IMG/VR virus record: IMGVR_UViG_3300035180_001778
Span: 248,001-312,000 of that record
Strand: one strand, 5' to 3'
DNA: 64,000 nucleotides
Positions 1-8,151 of the stretch are shown here, piece by piece; positions within the stretch are counted from its first letter, which is position 1; every line of letters starts with the position of its first letter. The position numbers were made by a program, and so were the translations under genes. Below the pieces are notes generated by a model. It did not search any database. It saw only the letters and a list, made by a program, of their open reading frames with translations, and was not told where the DNA came from.

Positions 1-80
1 CCGACCGCTCGCGCTTCAGGTAGAATGCGTTGACGATCTTTCGGCACAAAGCCATGTATTCCATGGCTAGCCATACACCA

Positions 81-168
81 GCGGAAGAAGGAGGAGTCGA
101 ACCCCGGGCAGGTTTCCCCACCCACTTCGCTTTCCAAGCGAGCCCCGCTCCGAGCAGGAACATCTTCC
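81..168 (-). tRNA. tRNA-Ser(GGA)
   Basis: Cloverleaf, loop TT-GGA-AA, long variable arm, GGTTCGACTCC T arm. Confidence 0.85.
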
Positions 169-243
169 AAGTCTGCAACTACTGAATCCGTAACTGAAAT
201 TCCCTACTGAGGCTCTTTCTATCCCCACTTTCAAGTGGGGGGT

Positions 244-504
244 ATGACCATGAAACGCAGCAAGTCTCAAGACCGTCTACGCCTTCGAGCGACTCTCCCC
301 CGAGAGCGCCAGGAGACCCTTCTTCCTTGCCCCGCGTGCGCTGGCAACAAGCTCCTCTTGAAAGAGACTCCCGACGGTCTCTACAAGATGAAGCCGTGCC
401 GTTGGTGCGACGGTACAGGAGCGGTTGATCGCATCATTCAGCGCATGTGGGCCCGCTGGACCAAGATGCTCGCGTACAACCGCAACAAGGGTCACTGCGG
501 CTAG
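244..504 (+). CDS. small Cys-rich zinc-finger protein
   Basis: CPACAG and CRWCDGTG (DnaJ-like CxxCxG) motifs. Confidence 0.6.
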   Translation: MTMKRSKSQDRLRLRATLPRERQETLLPCPACAGNKLLLKETPDGLYKMKPCRWCDGTGAVDRIIQRMWARWTKMLAYNRNKGHCG

Positions 505-920
505 TCGTCGTCAGCCAGGAGGTGCTCTTGCCAGGGACGACCCTCTACACGAGGAACATGCGGCCAGAGAAGAGCGAAGACACTCGGGCTGCACGTTGCC
601 TTGCCGATGTCCCCGGTTGTGGCTGCCAACAAGTTCTTCTTCACCACGGCATCCCCATCCGAGTACACCTCTTCGATGTAGTACGCATGGTACAGCATGA
701 CCTTGGGCAAGTTGACTCCAGGTCGCCTCCAGATTTGAAGACGACACAGATCGGGGTGTACACCCCAGTACACCCCCGAAAACATCTTGTTGAGCTTCTC
801 GACTGCCTCAACTCGAAGGGGGGAGTCATAGGGAGTCTGCTCTTCTGGTCTTGAAAGAATGCTCAGAAGCACCCCCGCGCGCTTCGCTTTCTCTGCGTAC
901 TGGACAGGATCTTCGGACAT
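501..920 (-). CDS. hypothetical protein with C-terminal WQEHLLADDD tag
   Basis: ORF; GGTGTA element 10 nt upstream of ATG 920. Confidence 0.6.
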   Translation of the reverse strand: MSEDPVQYAEKAKRAGVLLSILSRPEEQTPYDSPLRVEAVEKLNKMFSGVYWGVHPDLCRLQIWRRPGVNLPKVMLYHAYYIEEVYSDGDAVVKKNLLAATTGDIGKATCSPSVFALLWPHVPRVEGRPWQEHLLADDD

Positions 921-964
921 GAAAAAGGGGTACACCGACCCGAGAGTCAGCGTACCCCTTTCAG

Positions 965-1525
965 TCAGCCCGAGGCCTGGTTCTGCTGGAACCCCACGAG
1001 GAAGGGTTCCCAGAGGTCCGACTTGACGTCATGCCGGATCTGGGGAGCCCCCAACGGCAGAGTCTTCGGAGCGTGCGGATGCGCGATGCCCTTCCACGTT
1101 GCCGGGGGCTTGAGCCTCATGCCCGCTTCTGCCGGCGTGCGACCAGCCTTGCGGCCGTTGCACGGGTAGCAGCTCGTCACGATGTTCTCCCACACCGTCT
1201 TCCCACCCTGGCGCCTCGGAACCACATGGTCGTAGTTCAGGTCCTTCCGCGACTTGGTGGTGCCGCAGTAGCAGCACATGAAGTTGTCGCGAGCGAAGAC
1301 GTTCTCCCGTGAGAACTTGACGCCCCGCTTGCGATACGGGACGACCTTCTTGAGCATGGCGACCGCGGGCATCTTGACGACCTGCCCATCACGCTCGCAG
1401 AGGACCTCGTCGTACTCTTCCAGGATTTGGATTTTGCCGTTGCAGAAGTCGACCATTGCGACCTGCCACGGCACGACTCTGTGTGGGGCCATCCACGAGT
1501 TCAAGATCAGCGTATGCGAGTTCAT
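965..1525 (-). CDS. HNH endonuclease (McrA-like)
   Basis: FSRENVFARDNFMCCYCG, DHVVPRRQGG, WENIVTSCYPCN. Confidence 0.9.
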   Translation of the reverse strand: MNSHTLILNSWMAPHRVVPWQVAMVDFCNGKIQILEEYDEVLCERDGQVVKMPAVAMLKKVVPYRKRGVKFSRENVFARDNFMCCYCGTTKSRKDLNYDHVVPRRQGGKTVWENIVTSCYPCNGRKAGRTPAEAGMRLKPPATWKGIAHPHAPKTLPLGAPQIRHDVKSDLWEPFLVGFQQNQASG

Positions 1526-1577
1526 GGGACACCTTCGTGATGCGCCCCAACTTGGAGCGGCTACCGTTTCAATTGCA

Positions 1578-1654
1578 TGGTGCCCGCCGGGGGATTCGAA
1601 CCCCCAACCTTCCGTTTTTGAGGCGGACGCCGCTGCCAGTTGGGCTAGACGGGC
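1578..1654 (-). tRNA. tRNA-Leu(CAA), short variable loop
   Basis: Loop CT-CAA-AA, encoded CCA. Confidence 0.85.
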
Positions 1655-1708
1655 ATAATACAGGAAGGCCCTGGTTGCGATCAACCAAGGCCTTCCAATT
1701 CGAGAATT

Positions 1709-2060
1709 TGGAGCTGCCGGGAATCGAACCCGGGTCCGCAAAGCTTCCGTTCCGCTTTCGTTTACGTGCGTAGCCGCCATATCCCTGGCGGCTGGGTTCG
1801 CGGATTTGGCCGCGAACTATCTCGTCTGCTTGTCTCGAAGGGGTAGCCGCCGAGCACGCTTCCCCTTCCAGCCCTGTGGGTTGACACCGGAAATCCAGCT
1901 ACTAGGACGATCTTGCTGGCCGATGGTCACTACGCAGCCATCTGCATGGGGACGAGAGCGTTGTCGTTCGCAGGTATACGTCTCGATTGATTACGGCGGG
2001 TCGAGAGCCGCCTACACGCAAGCTGGAACTTCCAATCCACGTCGAAACCAAGTCAGCCCC
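1709..2060 (-). ncRNA. ssrA: tmRNA
   Basis: 5' GGGGCTGACTTGGTTTCGAC, G3.U70 acceptor, 3' T arm, tag ANDNALVPMQMAA then TAG TGA. Confidence 0.95.
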
Positions 2061-2134
2061 GAGTTGTGCTACCGATGAATTGAATCACCTTCGCCCACTA
2101 CTTGGGTGGGTCAAGCGATGGTAGCTCGCTTTCG

Positions 2135-2219
2135 TGCCGTCGACAGGAGTCGAACCTGCCCTCCCTTTCGGGAACATGCACCTCAAGCATGCGCGTCTGC
2201 CAAGATCCGCCACGACGGC
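2135..2219 (-). tRNA. tRNA-Leu(GAG), long variable arm
   Basis: Loop TT-GAG-GT, class II cloverleaf. Confidence 0.9.
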
Positions 2220-2240
2220 CTATCGTACCCAAACCGAGAG

Positions 2241-2323
2241 TGTGTCACCCCGGGATCGAACCGGGCTACCAACGAAGGTCCTGCTTATCAGGCAGGTGTG
2301 GTCAACCAGCTCCCTCGTGACAC
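2241..2323 (-). tRNA. tRNA with GAT (Ile) anticodon and atypical long variable arm
   Basis: CCTGC-CTGATAA-GCAGG; about 14-nt variable region. Confidence 0.7.
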
Positions 2324-2326
2324 ATG

Positions 2327-2473
2327 TGAGGAAAGAGAGAAGGAAAAAGGATGAAACAGAAGCAGGGCGTTTCCGGGCTTCACACCAATTCCGAGGTTCC
2401 TCGGGGTTAAGCGCTTAGAAGGAGGCAGCCACGCTGGGGTTTTACCGTTTGGGGGGTTAGTTCTCTTTCCTCA
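2327..2473 (-). ncRNA. candidate structured RNA
   Basis: Ends pair (TGAGGAAAGAGA / TCTCTTTCCTCA); internal hairpins. Confidence 0.35.
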
Positions 2474-2501
2474 GCCCGGCTTTCACCGGGCCCGGGACCC
2501 G

Positions 2502-3011
2502 CTACTCGAAGAGCGCGGGGTCCAAGTTTTCGATTTCGATCGAAGTGGAGTTCGCCATTCCGATCACGGCCTGGAGGCCGCTGTGCTTCCTTCCAGCCTG
2601 GAGGGCCCGTCCCATCGCCGCCTTGGGCTCGATGGTGGCCACCATGTACTCCGTCCCATCCCCGATGGTGCGGGAATCGGGCATGTAGGAAGTGTCCTTC
2701 TCCTTGATGGCGGACTTCCACATCTTCTGGAGACGACCCATCCCACCAACCCGCTTGATGGCCTCAGCGAGGCTCATGGGCTTCCCGTCGACCGTGACGG
2801 GGACCGCCAGGTTGTACCGCATCTGGGCGGTCTGGAGGACCGCCAGAGCGTCCTCTGCGGTCGAGTACTCCTCGGCGAGGTTGGCGGGCGAGACCGGATC
2901 CTTCTCGGAGGGGTAGGCCTTCAGGGAACCCGAGAACTGCTTCTCGGGCAGCTCCCGGCGAAGCTCCCACATCTTGATCGCATCCCGAAGCTCGAATACA
3001 GTGACCTTCAT
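2502..3011 (-). CDS. helical protein, DIP1984/DUF6847-like
   Basis: LQTAQMRYNL...MSLAEAIK...LQAVIGMANST pattern; family from memory. Confidence 0.55.
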   Translation of the reverse strand: MKVTVFELRDAIKMWELRRELPEKQFSGSLKAYPSEKDPVSPANLAEEYSTAEDALAVLQTAQMRYNLAVPVTVDGKPMSLAEAIKRVGGMGRLQKMWKSAIKEKDTSYMPDSRTIGDGTEYMVATIEPKAAMGRALQAGRKHSGLQAVIGMANSTSIEIENLDPALFE

Positions 3012-3216
3012 TACCATCCTCATCTTCTCGAAGATTTCGTCGAGAAGATGAGGCCAGCTCTCCAGTCTCCCACTCGGTCCCACAGTGATTGCAGGTAGGA
3101 ATGGGAAGATCGTCAGGAACCGGGTAGACCCCTCGACGATACCCGGCTGTGCGACCGGGCCCTGTTGTAGGGGTGACGACCCCAACGCCGCATTCGGCAC
3201 ACTTGAAACTCAACAT
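3008..3216 (-). CDS. YgiT/MqsA-type zinc-finger protein (3' end uncertain, probable frameshift)
   Basis: CAECG...PTCNHCGTEW. Confidence 0.5.
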
Positions 3217-3290
3217 GGTGCGGGGTAGGGGAATCGGACCCCTCTGATCTAGCTTGTCGAGCTAGTGCTCTCCCAGAGAACGAACCCCGC
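3216..3290 (-). tRNA. tRNA-Val(GAC)
   Basis: CTAGC-TCGACAA-GCTAG, CCA; T loop GTCCGA. Confidence 0.8.
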
Positions 3291-3291
3291 A

Positions 3292-3366
3292 TGGTGAGGC
3301 GATTGGGAGTTGAACCCAAGACAGGTTCCTTATCAGAGAACCCAGGTGACCGTACCGTCCCGCCTC
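3292..3366 (-). tRNA. tRNA-Ile(GAT)
   Basis: Loop CT-GAT-AA, CCA. Confidence 0.75.
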
Positions 3367-3622
3367 ATGTTTCTCTTACACCAACTTGGGGGTGAACCTC
3401 AAGTTTTCTTCGTAGTCCGAGGAGGAATTGAACCCCTACACAGCCACCTATAATGAGGCCGACGCCGACCGTACGTCTTAGGGCTCGGCCCAGAAATGCG
3501 TCTCCGGACCCTTGTCGGTGCCGAAGTCGACTTCCCCTGTGGTCGCCTCCAGGTGTTACCTGGCTTCCGCTCAAGGGCTGCAAAGGATCTCACCGGAGTG
3601 ACCCGGGCTCAATCCAGTGCAT

Positions 3623-3697
3623 TGGTACCACGAACGGGAGTCGAACCCGTACCTCTTGCATCTCAGGCAAGTGCCTCTGCCGTTGGGCTACCGTGGC
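3623..3697 (-). tRNA. tRNA-Leu(GAG), short variable loop
   Basis: CTTGC-CTGAGAT-GCAAG, CCA. Confidence 0.85.
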
Positions 3698-3784
3698 ATT
3701 GTATCCGGACCCCATGCAACTGGGGCAACTCACAGGAGGTTGCACTCCAATGAGTCGAGAGTCCCGGATGGCCTCTCGTTTTTC

Positions 3785-3862
3785 TGGTGCTGACGAAGGG
3801 AGTCGAACCCTCACATTGTCTTCCTTCTGAGGGAAGCGCCTCGCCATTTGGGCTACGTCAGC
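3785..3862 (-). tRNA. tRNA-Leu(CAG), short variable loop
   Basis: CTTCC-CTCAGAA-GGAAG, CCA. Confidence 0.85.
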
Positions 3863-4017
3863 GTATTCTCGATCTCTTTCAACTTCATCAAGACCTTGTG
3901 CTTCAAGTTCTGGAGTTCGACCCTCAGAGCGTAGGCCTGAAGCATTTGAGGTCCCTGGAGCTTGTTGATACGCTTCCAGAACTTTTTGGACTTCGGTCCG
4001 CTGTATCGTCTTTTCAT
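3853..4017 (-). CDS. small basic hypothetical protein
   Basis: ORF MKRRYSGPKSKKFW fills a tRNA spacer. Confidence 0.45.
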   Translation of the reverse strand: MKRRYSGPKSKKFWKRINKLQGPQMLQAYALRVELQNLKHKVLMKLKEIENTLT

Positions 4018-4023
4018 CTTGAG

Positions 4024-4097
4024 TGACCACGAAGGGAGTCGAACCCTCAACATTTCGCTTCTAAGGCGAACGCCTCTGCCAGTTGGGCTACGTGGCC
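4024..4097 (-). tRNA. tRNA-Leu(TAG), short variable loop
   Basis: TTCGC-CTTAGAA-GCGAA. Confidence 0.85.
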
Positions 4098-4098
4098 A

Positions 4099-4175
4099 TG
4101 GTACGGGACTAGGGGATCGGACCCTACATTTTCTGCCTTGTGAGAGCAGCGCGTTCACCAGCTCGCTCGTCCCGC
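4099..4175 (-). tRNA. tRNA-Val(CAC)
   Basis: Loop CT-CAC-AA, CCA. Confidence 0.8.
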
Positions 4176-4314
4176 GTTACTTGAATCTCGAACCCAGAAG
4201 AAGACCTCCGCTGCACAATAAATCCCACCCGCCTTGCTTGACGACCAGGTAGCCCCGAGAGAAGGGCATCTCTCGGCATTGCGTCCCTCAAGGGAGGCCT
4301 TCTTCTACGTTCGA

Positions 4315-4388
4315 GGTGACCTCGGAGGGACTCGAACCCTCACACAACCCGCTTTAAGGGGGTCCCTTTGCCTTTTTGGTACGAGGCC
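4315..4388 (-). tRNA. tRNA-Leu(TAA), atypical
   Basis: Loop CT-TAA-AG, weak anticodon stem. Confidence 0.6.
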
Positions 4389-4399
4389 GAAACACTGAA

Positions 4400-4476
4400 T
4401 AGAACCCCGGGTGGGACTTGAACCCACAACAGCCAGCTTCAAAGGATGGCGTCCCTGCCAGTAGGACCCCCGGGGC
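4400..4476 (-). tRNA. tRNA-Gln(TTG)
   Basis: Loop CT-TTG-AA. Confidence 0.7.
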
Positions 4477-4529
4477 AAAGTACCTCTGCTCAGCGTGCTC
4501 ATTCTCCATGAGCATCTCCGAACGAAAGG

Positions 4530-4605
4530 TGGTCGCAGTGAAGGGAGTCGAACCCGACTGATACTGCTTGGGAAGCAGTCGCCTCACCACGTCGGCCTCA
4601 TCCGC
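4530..4605 (-). tRNA. tRNA-Gly(CCC)
   Basis: ACTGC-TTCCCAA-GCAGT, CCA. Confidence 0.75.
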
Positions 4606-4707
4606 ATAGAGGCGGATTCACTGCGCGATACCCCCGGCCGAGGATACAGTTCAGTTTTGTGTGAAAGGAATGCACCCAACCTTGCACACTAGCCCCTTGT
4701 CAGAGGC

Positions 4708-4777
4708 GGAGCGGATAGGGGGAATCGAACCCCCTGCTCATGCTTGGCAAGCACGAACCCAACCATTGGGTACCCGC
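4708..4777 (-). tRNA. tRNA-Gly(GCC), short D region
   Basis: Loop TT-GCC-AA, GCGGGTA acceptor. Confidence 0.7.
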
Positions 4778-4865
4778 ATTGAGCGGTATATCAGGACACC
4801 TGTACCGCGTCGGTGCTATTGTTCCGGCACCCAGAGCAATTATGGGCTTGGTGCTTCACCGGACC

Positions 4866-4940
4866 TGGAGCGGGTAGCGGGAATCGAACCCGAATAGACA
4901 GCTTGGAAGGCTGTTGTCAGACCTCCTGACGACTACCCGC
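4866..4940 (-). tRNA. tRNA-Gly(TCC)
   Basis: Loop CT-TCC-AA, TCCA end. Confidence 0.85.
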
Positions 4941-5351
4941 AGACTTCATGCGCCGATGTGTTCGTTCGGCATGACAGTTCGAACAGACCAACTCACACTT
5001 AGCGAGTTCAGCTAAAACTCGCTCAACCGAATAACCAGCCCGGTCGATCCGAGCTATGGAAACCATCTTCAGCGTTCCTGGAAGATGGTCGTGTTGCAAG
5101 ACATAGTAAGGCCAAGGTTTTTGGCAATCTGCACACGTCTGGCCCGTCTTCAACTCTTGAATCATCTGGCGGAGCCGTTTTTGATGGTTCCGCGCCTGCG
5201 TGACGTACTTTCCCTTGTTCTTCTGGTAGTGTTCCTGATGGTACGTCTTTGCGCAGTCTTTGCAGCGATCCCTATACCCGTCACCATGACCGACCCTCTT
5301 GTGAAAGTCAACAACCGGCTTTGTTTGTTCACAGACACCGCACCGCTTCAT
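4917..5351 (-). CDS. HNH endonuclease with N-terminal zinc ribbon
   Basis: CGVC...CKDC, CADC...HDHL...KCELVCSNCH. Confidence 0.8.
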   Translation of the reverse strand: MKRCGVCEQTKPVVDFHKRVGHGDGYRDRCKDCAKTYHQEHYQKNKGKYVTQARNHQKRLRQMIQELKTGQTCADCQKPWPYYVLQHDHLPGTLKMVSIARIDRAGYSVERVLAELAKCELVCSNCHAERTHRRMKSAGSRQEV

Positions 5352-5555
5352 ATAAAAGCGGACGTATAAGGATTCCAACACAAACGCGGCTTGGAAGATT
5401 TCGAGGGCGGGCAGGTTGCAAACTGCTTCACCCTCTGAGCACCCACTTACGCCTGTCATTTGCGTTCGCCGTAAGACAGGAGACAGGAGACGTGTCGGAG
5501 CTTGCCATGGCACTCCGCACAGAGCTTTCACCCTGTGGGGATCTTGCGACCCCAG

Positions 5556-5629
5556 AGCTGGTTACGGGAGTTGAACCCGTCTCATTCCTCCATACCAGGG
5601 AGGCGTCTTCCCACGAGGACTAAACCAGC
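5556..5629 (-). tRNA. tRNA-Thr(GGT)
   Basis: CCTCC-CTGGTAT-GGAGG. Confidence 0.8.
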
Positions 5630-5743
5630 AAATTCGAGACGACAGACGAAGCCTTCACCTTTCAGTGACTACTCCAGGGTATAGACCACCTATCCCCATT
5701 TCCACGTATGGTCAAACGTGTAGCCTGCAACCTCTATTTTTGA

Positions 5744-5846
5744 AACTCGTCTCAGGACTCGACCCCTGAATCGGGCACGTCGGTTACGGGGTTCCCCCAT
5801 CCCTTTCGGGATCCTAAGCACTGCTCTACCCTTGAGCTAGACGAAT
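5744..5846 (-). ncRNA. tRNA-like RNA with anticodon arm replaced by a branched domain
   Basis: Acceptor ATTCGTC/GACGAGT, canonical D arm, two hairpins in place of an anticodon loop. Confidence 0.55.
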
Positions 5847-5849
5847 CTC

Positions 5850-5922
5850 GGTGGACCAGAAGGGAATCGAACCCTCATATACCGCTTGCAAGGCGGGCGC
5901 TCTTCCGTTGAGCTACAAGCCC
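5850..5922 (-). tRNA. tRNA-Ala(TGC)
   Basis: Loop CT-TGC-AA, G3.U70. Confidence 0.85.
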
Positions 5923-5930
5923 ATTTTTCG

Positions 5931-6004
5931 TAGTGGAGCCGAAGGGAATCGAACCCTCGTTTCAAGAATGCCATTCTTGCGTCCTCCCGCTGGACGACAG
6001 CCCC
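5931..6004 (-). tRNA. tRNA-Ala(GGC)
   Basis: CAAGA-ATGGCAT-TCTTG, G3.U70. Confidence 0.85.
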
Positions 6005-6054
6005 GTTTTCGTACCTTGTCAGAGACCGAGCCAGATTTCTCCGGCTCCCCTACC

Positions 6055-6548
6055 TTACACCAAGTCTCGGTCCTCGATCAACCGAATCGCTCTTTGTTGG
6101 AGAGAAAAGAGCAGAGCTGCTCGTTGCTGCTCCAAGGGGATGGGCCCCTTCTTCCTCGCCGAGAGGACCCCGAGGAGGCTGGAACGCTGCCATTCCAGCG
6201 TGTTCCTCAGAGCCTCCTCATCCCGCTGAAGCTCGATGCTGAGACCGTCGACCGCCGAGAGGACCTCCGCAAGGAAGCCATCCTTCTCGAAGGATACCGG
6301 GTCGATCCACTTGCGAGGACCGAACGGTATACAGCCCCGAGCTTGAAGGTACTGGTCGGAATCCCTGTCCCCTGTATTCGGAGGGCATACACATCGTACT
6401 CGACCCGGTCTTCCAGAGTGAGGGAAGACCTCTGAGGATCGAGCCAGCGAGGACCCCATGACTTCCACCCCCTTGCCAGGAGGTAGGCTCGCTCCCCCTC
6501 AGACAGGGGGCGAGGTTTCACCCGAGGAGAACTTGAGCTGTGAGCCAT
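6055..6548 (-). pseudogene. hypothetical protein split by a frameshift near 6360
   Basis: Internal repeat YLLARGW..WLDP / YLQARGC..WIDP lies in two frames. Confidence 0.5.
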
Positions 6549-6570
6549 GTTTCATCGTACACCAAAAGAG

Positions 6571-6644
6571 CGGACCCGGGGGGACTCGAACCCCCAACTA
6601 ACCGATTAAGAGTCGGCTACTGCTACCAGTTGAGTTACAGGTCC
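6571..6644 (-). tRNA. tRNA-Lys(CTT)
   Basis: Loop CT-CTT-AA. Confidence 0.85.
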
Positions 6645-6774
6645 AAAAATCACGACTGTCTGCCCAGACAGAACGAATGCCTCGCCGATTCGAACGGCTT
6701 GTTCCACCATTCTGGGAGGGATTTGAACCCCAGATCGGGAGCTACCCGAAGACCTACTCAGACATCCTCAGTCG

Positions 6775-6856
6775 TGGTGTATGATTCGGGAATCGAACCC
6801 GGTGTTTTTCGCGCCTGTACGGCTGCGTCGCGTTGTCCCTACGCGCAACATCACCC
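6775..6856 (-). ncRNA. atypical tRNA-like RNA, anticodon unclear
   Basis: T arm and ACCA end; irregular acceptor and anticodon arms. Confidence 0.45.
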
Positions 6857-6859
6857 ATG

Positions 6860-6933
6860 GGTGGACCCGAGGGGAATCGAACCCCTACAGCCGCAGTGCG
6901 AGTGCAGCGTGCTCCCATTATCACTACGGGCCC
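6860..6933 (-). tRNA. tRNA-Ala(CGC)
   Basis: Loop CT-CGC-AC, G3.U70. Confidence 0.85.
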
Positions 6934-7326
6934 AATTGTCAGTACGAGCACGGCTCTGACAGCCGGTTGACTTCTCGACGCTCGCTGTGAGTCAACAGAC
7001 CTTCTGTTGTTAGTGGCCAACACTCCAAAGAGTCCCCGTCTGTCGGCCGGGGGTACGCCGTTGCTGGTAAAGACGAGTCTTGCGACTCCGGAAGGAAGCT
7101 ACCAGCTACCCTTCTCCCTGGCGTTTCAGGCGAGGTCCTACCTCGCAGACCAAGCTACCCTCGCTTGTTGAGGTAGCTGCGACGCCAACAAGGCTGGCAC
7201 ATGTAGAACCGGCCCATGAGCGTTGCAGCGATGGTGCAGAATCGGCACCCCATAGAGCCCTCCTTTCTAAGAAAGAGGGCTCTATGGCGGCTTCACCTCA
7301 TGCATCGTCGTTGTCTCCTGTCGAGT

Positions 7327-7399
7327 TAGCGGGCTCGGAGGGAATCGGACCCCCGCGGCCAGGTTTGGACCCCAGCGCCGCCCATTCCGTGGCTCGCCC
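7327..7399 (-). tRNA. tRNA-Trp(CCA), degenerate
   Basis: Loop GT-CCA-AA; mismatched acceptor. Confidence 0.5.
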
Positions 7400-7419
7400 A
7401 AAATCTTCGTCCCATTTGC

Positions 7420-7491
7420 AGGCCGGGAGGGAATCGAACCCGTCTAGTCTTGATTGACAATCAAGTGTCGCCACCAGACGACTCACGAAGC
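7420..7491 (-). tRNA. tRNA-Asp(GTC)-like, acceptor unpaired
   Basis: Good D, anticodon and T arms only. Confidence 0.45.
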
Positions 7492-7540
7492 ATTGGGCCA
7501 TTTCTCGCAATGGCAGGCGACCCAAGATGACTTGGGTATG

Positions 7541-7615
7541 TAGCACCCCCGAGGGGAATCGAACCCCCCACACCGACGTGACAAGCCGGCCGCCTCACCA
7601 GATGCGTACGAGGGT
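7541..7615 (-). tRNA. tRNA-Asp(GTC)
   Basis: Loop TT-GTC-AC. Confidence 0.8.
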
Positions 7616-7620
7616 ATGCG

Positions 7621-8148
7621 CTACCAGGCCCAGACGGGCCCGATATTGGTAGTGAACATCGGACCCTTGTAAAGGGTGGCCGGGACCCACAACCCGTGAA
7701 CGTTTGCGGCGACCCCGAAGTCCTTGTCCTTGAGGAAGGTCAAGTAGATGTTGCCCCCAGGAGCGAAGCCCGTCTCCCGCCCGCAGCGGGGTTCATTCGA
7801 GCACAGCACCATCGTGAAGAAGTCCACGCTCGGACCAATGTCGAAGATGAAGTGCTCGGAAGGCGTCACCGTGAACATGAGAGCGTTCACGTCGAGCAAC
7901 CCCATGTTGGCCACGCTCTTGAAGGTCGTCAAGTTCGCTGAGTTCTCATAGGCAATGCCGATGGTCTCGTTGAACTTGACCCCAAGAAGAACGCTTCCCG
8001 TGAATGCGAAGCCTCCCGTCGAGTACTTGTCCCCCGCGATGAGCATCCCGAACCCCGGGTTGAGGCTCAGACGGCCCTGAGTCTCCGCGTGAAGGAGTCC
8101 AGGACTGCACAGAAGCGCGAAGGCCGCAGCCGCCAGGAGGTTCTTCAC
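7621..8148 (-). CDS. secreted protein, probable small outer-membrane beta-barrel
   Basis: Signal peptide, amphipathic strands, terminal W-A-W. Confidence 0.6.
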   Translation of the reverse strand: MKNLLAAAAFALLCSPGLLHAETQGRLSLNPGFGMLIAGDKYSTGGFAFTGSVLLGVKFNETIGIAYENSANLTTFKSVANMGLLDVNALMFTVTPSEHFIFDIGPSVDFFTMVLCSNEPRCGRETGFAPGGNIYLTFLKDKDFGVAANVHGLWVPATLYKGPMFTTNIGPVWAW

Positions 8149-8151
8149 GAG

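Noticed and set aside
7086-7104. SRP RNA-like CCGGAAGGAAGC on the plus strand
   Set aside because: Lacks the upstream CAGG and the AGCAG symmetric loop, and is opposite to the array strand
3365-7573. Most short ORF-track calls across the tRNA arrays
   Set aside because: They overlap tRNA or structured RNA genes and lack protein-like features
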